From Folioceros fuciformis (taxonomy: Eukaryota), in assembly GCA_049999805.1 (NCBI GenBank), contig JBNGIO010005373.1:1-51151 (forward strand): DNA of 51,151 nucleotides, in the 5' to 3' direction. Under the pieces are notes generated by a model. That model was not told the origin of the DNA. It did not search any database and worked only from the letters and a program-made list of their open reading frames with translations. Position 1 is the first letter of the stretch, and every line of letters begins with the position of its first letter. The position numbers and the translations under genes were made by a program. Of the stretch, positions 1-13,206 are shown one piece after another.

Positions 1-140
1 AAAGGAAAGGGTGTGAGAATGCCAAATAAGAATGCCAAATAAAATAACGAAGGAACGACAGCAGCGGGTGGGGGCCTTAGGGTCAGGAATCAGAGGCCTT
101 TGAAGGCTAGGACCTCAAGTGCAGGGAATCTGGATGCCAT

Positions 141-760
141 ACGGATGAGGAGAGGTTGGAGGAAGCAGAAAAGAAGGTGGTGCTCGAAACCATGTGAGTA
201 AAGCTAGACAATTTAAGGCCGGCTTCTTTCCTCACACCAGATGCACAGATAAGAAAGATGGACGAGGCATGGACGAACTATTTAGCCAAGGCTACAGCAA
301 AAGGACGAGGCATGGACGAACTATTTAGCAAGGGTTATAGTGAAAAGGCAAGATAGAGGAACGTGTTCTACCTCTCTTATGTATGATTGACCCCGCCAAG
401 TGTTTCTGGTTGGAAGATCTAGATCTGGTTAGGTTTAGGGCGCATCAGTATGTCATGGGGGTTTTGGGCGGGAATCACACTACCATGAAGCATTTGGCGG
501 ACATGTCACCAGGGAAGAAACTATTTCAATATGTTGAGGTACATGTCTATTGCGCACTGCACTGATGCTACATAAAATGCGTGTTCTGGCCACTGACCAC
601 AATGTAATGTCCGACAAGAGGAGGAGGATGTCCTTCATAGAGCAGGTGCGGTACCTTAGGGATGAGCTTATTATAGCAAAGAGGGATGGAGTTAATATGA
701 CTCTGACATGGAAGTTCAATCTATATAAGATGCTAGGGCTCATTGAGGATGACCAAGGAC
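141..760 (+). pseudogene. Decayed ORF with ParB/Sulfiredoxin-like N-terminal domain pattern, probably TE-derived
   Basis: Stitched across frames it reads VKLDNLRP..QIRKMDEAWTNYLA..LPLLCMIDP..VLGGNHT (461-481)..VHVYC..LATDHN. It has an in-frame TGA at 195-197, frameshifts and an internal duplication (260-286 / 303-329). Confidence 0.4.
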
Positions 761-800
761 GAGCAAATGGTCCACGTAATGGTTCGACGCAATCCTCTAA

Positions 801-952
801 AGGAGCTACCCTGTCTCAGCATCTTGCGTGAGTTTCTTCAAGGTGCATAGCATTGCTTTGATATCATGTGTAAATTTAGAGGAGCTACCCTGTCTCAGCA
901 TCTTGCGTGAGTTTCTTCAAGGTGCTTAGCATTGCTTTAATACCATGTGTAA
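801..952. repeat. Direct repeat, 2 x ~72 bp, period 79
   Basis: aggagctaccctgtctcagcatcttgcgtgagtttcttcaaggtgc...catgtgtaaa at 801 and 880. Confidence 0.9.
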
Positions 953-2360
953 AATAATCTTCGGGATGAGAGTAGGAGACCCGTGTGATGAGATAATAAT
1001 TGAAAGTACAAAATTGTCTTAAAAAACATAGAACACAATGTTTCACTTCATGACCCTAGCCCTAACGATACAAGGCTATGACATAAGCATAACCCGCTAC
1101 TTAGGTTAAGGTTTAATATACTCCTAACAGAGACAAAGAGTTTGACTTTTGACGGCTATGCTTCTCTTGTAGAAGAGAGACAATTAAGCCATTATACACA
1201 ATGGTCTCTAGGCTTGGTGAAAAAAATGACTAAAGTGATCGTTCAAACAAAATTCCTAAGAGAAACCCTTATTCGATCGATTAGGGTCTCCATGATACTG
1301 AGCAAACGTGAGACGTACACAATCTCAAAGACGTCGTCCTGAGCAGTGCACTTCCTGCTCGCATACACGTTTGCTAATACAGTACCAGAGTGCCGAGACA
1401 GACAACGACAGGGGAGGGGACAGGAACGTTCGCGCAGGAGTGGTTGGCTCCTCGAAATTTGGAGTGGATTAGTGCGTGGAACAAGTGCGTCTTTGTTACT
1501 TACAGCAAACTCTGCGCCGATTGGTTGTTGCCGAGACTGGGGCCACAGTAGATCAGCCTAGCCCGATTCGGTCCCAGGAGGTATATAGACAGAAGTGGCT
1601 CACCAAATTAGGACAACCCAGTCACGAATTTGGCTGGCTCGACGCCACACGCCATTCCCTCCGAGTCCACACGCAGGATGGCCGAGGTCCCGTCATTTTT
1701 TATCCCCAAGCTGAAGCAGGGAAGCCTGGCGGCTGGAATGAAGGCGCATTCCTAGGCTCCGTTTTCGCCAGGAACGCCACTCAGATGTGGATGCACCTCG
1801 AATCTTCCGCTGTTCTGGACGTGGCAGTGGGCCAATCCGAGTGACGTCGGCGGGCGAAACTCCACGCAGGTGGCCAAGTCAGCCACCCACGCGGCGGATA
1901 ACTAACCGCCTCATGCCATTTTGAGTGCAAGGGAGCAAGAAGTCGGCGGGTTAGGCCGGGCTCTTGTGTGCTGCGCGTCGCGATGGCTTGTCGCCGCTTC
2001 CCGTGTGGATCAGCCCGCCTTGTGGTCCTGTCGTGAAGGAAGGCAAGCAACTCGAGTCGCTGCCTCCTCCCTCCCCTGCGCATTCGGCTGCGGCGGCAAA
2101 CTGTTTGTTGGGTATGTTTGTCTCTGCTTGTGCGTGGTATGGTGTAGCTGGCTATCTAGCTAGGTACTGGCGAATTTGTTGGGCGCCCAACTAATTCTAT
2201 CGCCCCACAAAACGTACTGCCCAATAAATTCTTGCGGCTTCCCGCTGGAGCTTGGGGATCGCATTGGGCGGGGCGGCTGGGAGGAATTGTTGGAGTCCCG
2301 GGGGTGCGGACTGTGCAAGACGGATCAGCCCGGGAATTGGGTTGATTGTTTGGGTGGTAG

Positions 2361-5315
2361 ATGGATCAGGACGCCAACGCGGATGCCGTGCTGAATGCTT
2401 TTCCTGTAGGTCCGTCCACGCTGCTGGGGAGGGCCTTGGCGCTCAAGGTGCTGTACTGCAAGGAGCTGAAGGAGCTGGTGGTGCTCTTCTACGCCAGGAC
2501 CTCTGTCCTTGTGAGGAGATGGAGGCGCGTTTTGGTGCGGGTGCTGAGGAAGGTGGCTCCCCTGCTGAGCCCCAGCAACCCGGGGCTGCTGCTGGCCGCG
2601 GTGGTAGCCATGGCTTTGCTGCTGCGACGGGCCAGGCATGTGGCGGTCCGGGCGGAGCAGGCGTACCGGAGGAAGTTCTGGAGCAATTTGATGGAAGCCG
2701 CGTGCACGTACGAGGAATGGGCGTACGCGGCCCGGATGCTGGTCAGCGGGGTGGAGAGGAAGTCGGATGCGTCCCTTTACGACGAGGATCTGGTGCGGAC
2801 CAAGCTCCACGAGCTCCGGAAGCGGCGTGTCGAGGGGGAGGTTGCTGACATCCTTTTCTGTATGCGGGCCGATTTGGTGAGGAATCTCGGGAATATGTGC
2901 AACCCGGAGCTGCACAAGGGGAGGCTGGAGACGCCCAAGCTCATCCGGGACTACATCGATGAGGTGCGACTCAGTCTGCGGTCTGTTTGTGAGACGGATT
3001 CGGACGAGTTCGCATTGGAGGAGAAGTTGGCCTTCATCCACGAGACCAGGCACGCGTTCGGAAGGACTGCGCTGCTGCTCAGCGGGGGGGCCGCGTTGGG
3101 ATCGTTTCATCTGGGGGTGGTGAGGACGCTGGTTGAGCATCGCCTGCTGCCCCGGGTCGTGGCCGGGGCGAGTGTTGGATCGATCATTTGCTCCTTCACC
3201 GCCACCAGGACGTGGACGGAGCTGCAGAAGTTTTTCGAGGAGTCGCCTCCGCCTATGCATTTCTTCGAGTCTATGGGGAGTATTTTCGCCACGGCTCATA
3301 GGTTGCTTACCAGAGGGGCTGTGCACGAGATTGGGATGCTTCAGAGGAAGATGAGGCAGCTGATCGGGGATCTGACGTTCCAAGAGGCGTATGATCTTTC
3401 TGGTCGGGTGTTGGGGATTTCGGTCTGCTCTCCCAGGAAGCATGAACCTCCACGCTTGCTGAACTACCTAAACTCTCCCCATGTTGTGATTTGGAGTGCT
3501 GTTACTGCATCCTGTGCATTCCCCTACCTGTTCGAAGCCCAGGAGCTCATGGCCAAGGATAGGCATGGGGTTCTCCGGCCTTATCATACTCCCACTCAAG
3601 TGGGGCCTGAGCAACCGCTCGTTGGGAAGAGGGAATGGATTGATGGCAGCCTCGAGAGTGACTTGCCGATGATGCAGCTCAAAGAGCTCTTCAACGTGAA
3701 TCACTTTATTGTGAGTCAGGCGAATCCCCACATAGCTCCTCTGCTACGTTTCAAGGAGCTGATTAGAGTTTACGGAGGCGACTTTGCTGCCAAGGTCTGT
3801 AGCTTTGCCCCCCTTGAGTGCCTGTTTATGGCCAAGGTTTCTTCAGAGATCATCGGTTTCCTATTCCTTGTCTGATGTTTTGTTGTAACGGTTTTCGCAG
3901 CTGGCCCATTTGATGGAGATGGAGGTTAAGCATCGCTGTCATCAGGTGCTTGAGATGGGATACAGGCTGGGAGGGCTGGCAAAACTGTTTGCTCAGGACT
4001 GGGAAGGGGATATCACAATAGTTATGCCGGCAACAATTGCTCAGGTTTGCCAGTAGGAACGACTGTTCAGCGTGCGCACTGGTCATTTTTTGGCAGTTAT
4101 GTTGTCTTGGACCATCTCGAGATAAGCATTCGTTGCACACAATCTGACATTATCTGCTGTGTGCTCTTTCAGTTCACCAAGATTATCCAAAATCCATCAC
4201 CTTCGGAGCTACGAAAGGCTGTCTTGCAAGGCAGAAGGGCAACTTGGGCCAAGCTTTCTGCGATTCAGGCTAACTGTGGTATAGAACTTATGTTAGATGA
4301 ATGTGTTTCAGAACTCAATCGAAGGCGTAAAGGCCAGAGGGACATGGATAAGAGTCATGTGGGTGGGATGCGGCTGTCTGCTGCAAAGCGAATACCATCC
4401 TGGAATTGTCTGGCCAGAGAGAGTTCATGGGGTTCACTAGATGAGGAAGGGATAGAATCAGTGTTACAGCAGGCTGGTGGACCTTGGGGTGGCCCTACCA
4501 CTATCCGAAAGCTGAGGAGAGCTAGCCATGATAGTGACAGTGACAGCGAAAACATGGACATCAAGCAGATGTCGTGGACGAAAGCTGGAGGACCGTTGAT
4601 GCGGACAGCATCAGCTGCCACCTTGATTCTTAGTCTGGAGAATGATGCCGACAATAGTGGACAACCTGTGAACAAGGATGAGCCATCGAAACTTTCTGAT
4701 AATGATCCAGAGGCGGAAGGTACATTATCGAACTCTGGGTCAATGCATGAGAATCAGAAGTTGAGTAGAACCAATAGCTGGGATAAGCGAAGTGGGAAGA
4801 GGGCTAACAAAATCTCGGTAAAATTGGGGGGAGTACAGGCTACTAGTGATTCCGATGTGCAGACTGACGATGCTGATGCAGACTTTTCGTTCACATCACA
4901 TGCCTTGAGGAAGTCTGCAAGTGTGGGTATGAACATCTCCGCAGCTAACATGGAAGGAGACTCTGTGAGAAACCACAGTTTCAGTGGGTCAATCTACGTG
5001 AAAAAGGGTGATCCTTTTGTCCCTTGTGAGCTCCCTATATTGGCGAGGATGACGGCCCATGATGACTCCTCTGATCCAGAAAAATCTAGCCCACCAGATG
5101 AGTGGCTAAGTCACACAGGTGCGAAGGATGTAGGATATGAGCATCCAAGTCCTGATGACTTGGATTTTGAGGAGAAGAGCATAGGGGATGCTTTGATGGG
5201 GTCTCCCAATAGTCCTGGTGATCGCAGTTTGCGTGGGTTAAGAGTGCAATGTAGGGCGCTTGAACGAGGTGCATTCGGTTCCTTTATCTCTCATGATGGA
5301 GCGTCGAGCCCTTGA
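2361..5315 (+). CDS. SDP1: SUGAR-DEPENDENT1-like patatin-domain triacylglycerol lipase; exons 2361-3794, 3901-4044, 4173-5315
   Basis: LSGGAALG oxyanion motif, GASVG nucleophile elbow, DGSLE catalytic Asp, [20 protein letters not shown] and LFAQDWEGD. The GT-AG introns join the exons in frame. Confidence 0.95.
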
Positions 5316-6650
5316 CAAAGTCGGTTGGGCGAAAATTAGCCAAATCATTTGCTTGCTCCTCTAATTCTTGCAGGTGTGTTGTAAAATGGGGTTGTGAGAC
5401 CTAGTTGCAATAAGCTTTCTAGTCTTGGCACTTCTAGGAGAAACAACAGGGGTTCCATGTACATTCATTGACCAGTTTCGTTCAGTAATTTCCGTGAATG
5501 AAACATAAGTAAAGGAAAACGCGTGATACTTTGCATCATGGTAATCTTCTCTAAGTCGTGCGGTCACCTGAGCTTTGTTGAAGCAGTCCCAAATCCTGTC
5601 TGTTGCTTTGTTGACGTGTTTGCGGATCCGTGCTTGTGGCCTGTTCTCATGGTGCAGGTTAATCCTTCAAACATGTGGTTTCGCTAAATGTGCGTCTGTG
5701 GACTGAACTTAAAAACGGTTAGGAGTGGCTGACCAGCCTTACATAACTCTGGTGTTACTGACGATGAGGTTGTGGAAGTTTGGATGCTTGCTGCATGCAA
5801 TGCAAGTTCTTACTCATGTATCTGGCATAGAAATTGACCAACCTAGAATCCTTCAGCCCGTGTGCAGCAGTTTTCTGTACAGATGTACACACCGTCGTTG
5901 TTGGTTTTCACGCTACATATCCTCGTCAATGGAGCAAGGTCCTGAGAATCCTCATAGATGGGTATAGGTGATCCTTACAACGACGAGCTGGTGAGAGTGT
6001 TCTGAAGAAGCTAAAGGCCGTCAAACGTTTAACAGTAAAGAACTTGGATGATGCTATTCGTTTCCCTGTTCTCATACAGACGTCTGACAGTGGATTGGTT
6101 ACACTTGCAGATATCTTCCCCTTCAGTGGCTGCCCAGGATCTGAGAGTCCAAGCACTCCTCCAGAACTGAGTCCAAACGTCTGCTGGAAGCAGGCCAGGT
6201 CTCCGGCTTGGAGAGAGCCAAGGAGGTGCAAAAGGGGTCCAGTCACGTTCGACGACTCTGTTACTGGCTGCAGAGGAAACAGTGGACCCGAAGGATTTCA
6301 GAAGTGATGCTTGGCGTCATTGGACTACTGGGATATCTCAACCTCAGAAGTGCTCGCCCTTTGCTTCTGATGAATGGATCTGATGATTCTTGTCACCGCA
6401 ATCACCATCGCCTTGGTTCTTTATCCCAAGTGTTGTTTTTCAAAGACTTCCACAACTCCTTGTGCTCAGATCAGCCGTCTGTAATGTTTTTTCCAAAGCT
6501 TGAATGTAGGTCATCTAGCTATGAAAACTTGATGCCATCATTGTGTGCGTGTAGATATGTGCTCTAGTGTTTCACTAAAATATTCTCATCTATGATTTCA
6601 TGGAGGGCAAATCCGAGGTTGAGAAATAATGCGATAATAAGTTACCCAAA

Positions 6651-6775
6651 GAGACACCAGTTTGGACGCCATCGCTAATGCACCAGATCTTCAACAAGCC
6701 TTTCGGAGAGAGTTGCCCAAACCGAGACACCAGTTTGGACACCATCGCTAAGGCACCAGAGCTTCAACAAGCCTT
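6651..6775. repeat. Direct repeat, 2 x ~52 bp, period 73
   Basis: gagacaccagtttggac(g/a)ccatcgctaa(t/g)gcaccaga(t/g)cttcaacaagcctt at 6651 and 6724. Confidence 0.85.
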
Positions 6776-7977
6776 CAGAAAGCCGATGGCAAGGAAACAC
6801 ATCACGGTCTTTCTGTATTATAATCTAAATTCTAAAACCTTATGAATTTATTAAAGCCTGCCACCTCCATTGATCCATGCACAACAAGCGCCTCCTGGTC
6901 GGATCCTGGCATGTCATATCCAGCACTCAGGGCATTCTTTTATGGTACGGCGTCCTTTTTGGACAAGGTGTCGAAATCCTGGCGTGCCCTCCAGTTCGAC
7001 GTACAGAATACTGCATCATGTCCACCAGACAAATGCCCAACTCTCTGTTATCAAGCAATTCTCTTTTGACAGAGAGCATGTGCCTGCCCTTCTACAAAGC
7101 GCCTGTACTGCTTCTACAGACCTTGAGAAGGCAATCAAATAAAAAGTACCATGGTTAGGTACGATCAGGCCCACCTCCTCCTGCATTTGTCCATGCATAA
7201 CGAGCGCTTCATGTCTGAGCTCCTTGACAGGCATACCCAGCAATGGAAAAGGTCCAAGTTACAACATGATGCTTTTGGGGCCATGCTGCAAAAACTCAGC
7301 ATGCATCCTTCACTTTCTGCATGCATATCCACCGGCAATTGTCCGCTAGTGTGTCATCCGGCAGGTGGCCTCTTTTGACAATATGTGAGCGCCGGCATCT
7401 GCCCTTCAGGGCACCAGTGTTGCACTGAGAAGAACAAGCGAAATTTCGCTATGTATGTCCGGAGGGTAAATGGAGAGGATGCTTTTGGGAAATTTGTATT
7501 GTGTGTTTTGCTGTTTTGAGATCTGCGTGTTGCGTAGCTTCGTGTGAGTAACGCATTTGGTATTTCTGTTCACGGATTAGGACGGAGGCTGTAGTTTCTT
7601 CTTTGGATGTTGTGTCAGTGAGGACGGCGGTCAGCTTCAGACCCCGGGCAGAGGAGACTCCGGCTGGCCTGCAAATCGGATTTTGCAACCTCGTAAGAGT
7701 TGTCGTTGTGGAGCAGCTCGACGTGATGTGATAACCTTTCTTTGAAACCCATAGGAGATCTTACGGTCAAGACTTCCCTAACACCTCTAACTGTTAGGGT
7801 GTGTAATAGCGTCATCACTTCCTCGCCACTAGAGTCCATGCGGAAGACTGTCCAGCCAATCCGGATTCAAGCGAAACAAAAGAAGACTCTCTGCACGGAA
7901 TGGACCAAGTGATCGTGAGGCAATTGATTAGTATCAAATAGTATAATAATATTTTTTTTCAACTGTGTGTGTGTAAC

Positions 7978-8049
7978 GGGCATTTGGTCTAGTGGTATGA
8001 TTCTCGCTTTGGGTGCGAGAGGTCGCGAGTTCGATTCTCGCAATGCCCC
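7978..8049 (+). tRNA. trnP-UGG: tRNA-Pro (anticodon UGG)
   Basis: 72-nt cloverleaf: GGGCATT/AATGCCC acceptor stem, CTCGC-TTTGGGT-GCGAG anticodon arm, GTTCGA T-loop. A T-rich Pol III terminator follows at ~8072-8083. Confidence 0.97.
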
Positions 8050-8350
8050 AATATATATACCATGTCACTTGTTTTTATTTTTTCTTTGACAGTAAATAAT
8101 TTGCAAACTTTGTTCCTATTGTTCTTTTCCTTTTTCTTTGTCCGTCAACAATTCGCAGACTATGTTTCATCACTGGAACGGGCGATTGCCTGAGGGCTTC
8201 AAGGGTTCGCAGCGAAGGCCGGTTACAGCCTGACGGACAAGCCGCCTATCCTACAACGTGCATGACCGAGATACCACAGAGGGGCAACTAGTCAACAAGG
8301 AACGAGGCTCAGTAGTTCATCAAAATTTGGTTCCACCCGGACGGCCGGGC

Positions 8351-9811
<1,461 letters not shown>

Positions 9812-10279
9812 GCTGCTCTTTCCCCGGCGTTCTTCCTCGACGACGCACACGATCAAGCGATGCAGCTGTCAGAAGAAAGCCACAGGGCCAGCAATCACCA
9901 AATGCAACAAACACATCCCTCAACTGGAACAGCCACACTTGGCGGCATCCTGCGCAGCCACATTAATATTAAACCCTAACGATGCGGACAGACTGACTCA
10001 GAAGCTGTGGATGCCCGCTTCGACTTCTATTCCTGCCATTGATTTTCACATTACTCTTCGTTTCCTTCACAGCGGTTCGAATGCCGCGGCCTCTTGCGCT
10101 GTCTCCGGGTGTGAGCACAGGGCGCCTTCGTAAACCTTTTCCTTTCGTTTCAGGCTTTGCCCCCCATCCTTGCCTATTCGCATCCTTGGCATTTTGTTTC
10201 TCGGCAGAGTGCAGGTGAGGAGGAAACGAAACGACCTTGGAGATTTTGTTTAGTCCATGATAAGGGAAAACCAACCCTA

Positions 10280-10896
10280 TGTAACGGCACCAGGCCAGGG
10301 GACTAGACCAGACTATGTAACCGCACCGGGCCCTCAGGAGCTACAAGGGACCTAGTGCCCTCCTACTTTGCTGTCCTTCTCTATTGTTGTTGAACATCAT
10401 TTTGTCTTGTTAGACAAAGTTCAATTATGCTCGTAGGCAAAGGTCAATTGTGTTGTGCATTGCTTCTATTGTTGTAGCCTAGTGCCAAGATCCTACTACA
10501 GCCTAGAGCCAAGTTCCTACTATAGCCTAGTGCCCTCTTGCAGAAGAGCTCCTATAGCTGAAGTAGTAGGGATCACCAACAAGAGTAGTGAAAGGAGCAT
10601 ATGGGACTATCAAATGGGCTCACCAACAAGAGTAGTGAAAGGAGCAGATGGAGATGGGACTATCAAATGGGCTCACCAACAAGAGTAGTGAAAGGAGCAT
10701 ATGGAGATGGGACTATCAAATGGGCTCACCAACAAGAGTAGTGAAAGGAGCATATGGAGATGGGACTATCAAACGGGCTCATTATAGTAGGGCAACAGCC
10801 CCAAAAGCAAAACACTTAACAACGTCTAAAATATATTGGCTTCCTTTTGAAAGCTGCCTTTCGTTTTTTCCAGCAGCCAAAGGTCATCTCGTTACA
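10280..10896. mobile_element. Candidate solo LTR
   Basis: Perfect 7-bp terminal inverted repeat TGTAACG...CGTTACA, ~617 bp long, with an internal tandem array. There is no clean TSD. Confidence 0.4.
10574..10781. repeat. Tandem repeat, ~4 x 53 bp (first unit 47 bp)
   Basis: Unit caccaacaagagtagtgaaaggagcatatggagatgggactatcaaatgggct at 10574, 10621, 10674, 10727. Confidence 0.95.
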
Positions 10897-11299
10897 ACCC
10901 AAAAACATGCCACATCGCATATATAGTGTTAGCGATGGTTGACCACAAGCCTTTCATGTATTCGAAACAACTCAACCACAAGCCTTCCATGTATTGGAAA
11001 CAACTGGAGCTCAAGTGTGCACCGTTGCTTTGAGCAAGTTTGCATCCTACCTATCGCTGATTTCTAACCTTGAAACTGTGGAGATTTTGGCCGTTCCATC
11101 ATGAGCACAATAATATCATCCCCTCTCTCCTCATTGTCTCAAGCCATGTTTGGCTCTTCTTGCTCGACTACCTGTCTTCCTGGTGAAGCCGCATTTGAGA
11201 ATGTCTCCAAATGATCTGGCTCCCATGGCTTATCATCGGGTTGTTCCTCCAGTCCGTTCTCGGTCTCCTGACCTTCAATGTTCACTCTCTCCTTCAACA

Positions 11300-12345
11300 T
11301 TCCCAAAATGTTGTGATGTGGAATAACAAAAGATGTTCCCAAAATGTGCGTAGGTATTTTCTATGATTGAAAAAGAGATGGAAAGTCCCAATCTACTTCA
11401 AAGATTGGAGGAACAACCCCATTAGGGCCAAAGGCAAAAAAAAGGTACTCTCCCCTGCGAATATCATTTTCAAAAACTACCTACTGCTTCCAAAATGTCT
11501 TGACATGGAATAACAAAAGGCCTATACCACCGCTGCTTAAGAAGCTGCTTGATCTGCGCTTGTTGCTATTCTAAAAATGTAATGATGTAGCCGCTTGATC
11601 NNNNNNNNNNNNNNNNNNNNNNNNNNNNNNNNNNNNNNNNNNNNNNNNNNNNNNNNNNNNNNNNNNNNNNNNNNNNNNNNNNNNNNNNNNNNNNNNNNNN
11701 GATGTAGCCGCTTGATTTGCGCTTGTTGCTATTCTAAAAATGTAATGATGTAGCCACTTGATCTGCGCTTATTGCTATTCTAAAAATGTAGTGATGTAGC
11801 CGCTTGATTTGCGCTTGTTGCTATTCTAAAAATGTAGCGATGTAGCCGCTTGATCTGCGCTTGTTGCTATTCTACAAATGTAGTGATGTAGAATAAGAAA
11901 AAGATGTTCTTAAAATGTTGTGATGTAGAATAACAAAAGATGTTCCCAAAATGTCATGATGTAGAATAACAAAAGATGTTCCCAAAATGTCATGATGTAG
12001 AATAACNNNNNNNNNNNNNNNNNNNNNNNNNNNNNNNNNNNNNNNNNNNNNNNNNNNNNNNNNNNNNNNNNNNNNNNNNNNNNNNNNNNNNNNNNNNNNN
12101 NNNNNNAATAATAAAAGATGTTCCCAACATGATATGATGTAGAATAACAAAAGATCTATGCCCAAAATATCATGATATAAAATAACAAAAGATATTCCAA
12201 AATATTGTGATGTAAAATAACAAAAGGTGTTCCCAAAATGTTATGATGTAGAATAACAAAAGATCTATGCCCAAAATGTCATGATGTAAAATAACAAAAG
12301 ATGTTCCCAAAATGTTATGATGTAGAATAACAAAAAATCTATGCC
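11300..12345. repeat. Minisatellite arrays (~46-bp and ~36-bp units) in a repetitive element, interrupted by two assembly gaps
   Basis: gatgtagccgcttgatctgcgcttgttgctattctaaaaatgta(a/g)t repeats, then gatgtagaataacaaaagatgttcccaaaatgt(c/t)at repeats. Confidence 0.92.
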
Positions 12346-12733
12346 GATGCTAAAGAAGCCACCTAACCCGTACTTGTTTTTATTTTGAAGATCATATTGG
12401 TTAATGTTCTTTGGAAAACAATAAATATACTTTGTAAATAAATATATATTATAATAATAAATCTATAAATATAGTTTATAAATAAATAAATAAATATTCT
12501 AATAAATATATATTGTTGAAAGAAGGCTATTACTTAAGAAAGAGGAAGAACCCATTTCCATGCTTGTAACTATCAAGGATACGACCTTTCCATATCTGCA
12601 CTTCCCTTTGAGTGTTTTGTCTATAAAACAGCAACAATTCTTTTTGAGCTGAGCATGTTAGACAAATGAAGTACGAATGCTGTGCATTGTGTCACTCTTT
12701 GGAGCTGCACGGGGTTCCCCACAATGGATCATG

Positions 12734-12840
12734 TGTGGATACGGGTAACTTGTGAAGCACATACTGCTCCGAGCTCCGAGCTTCATCTGTGGATACGGGT
12801 AACTTGTGAAGCACATACTGCTCCGAGCTCCGAGCTTCAT
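12734..12840. repeat. Tandem duplication, 2 x 54 bp
   Basis: tgtggatacgggtaacttgtgaagcacatactgctccgagctccgagcttcat twice. Confidence 0.92.
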
Positions 12841-13206
12841 GATGTCTTTCATAGTTTCGCGAAATGTATGATGTATCTCCTGGGTGCGCGAAAGTGGGAG
12901 GATGATACATAGCGCACAGTGTTATGTATGTGCCTTTATGTCAGACTGATTTCAAGTGCTAGTATGGCCGCTTTCTAATGAAGGGGTTTGTAGGCATCGG
13001 CAGCAAAGTTCTGTCCAAGGGATGCATCAACTTTGCAGCAATAACTAAAAGCCTGGATATGCTGGAATTCTCTAACAGAGCTCGGGCTCCGAAAAGAAGC
13101 TGGATGCATAGATTCGAGTTGATGCTTTTCTCTCGTTGTATCGGCATCGACAGAGCTTGCTGGCCGATTTGTTGCTGTTGGTGTATTGGGTCGTGAGATC
13201 GATGTG

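Noticed and set aside
2325-3443. 372-aa minus-strand ORF
   Set aside because: Antisense shadow of the GC-rich SDP1 exon 1 with no motifs.
10574-12345. Repeat arrays as CRISPR
   Set aside because: Head-to-tail units without unique spacers, no cas genes, eukaryotic context.
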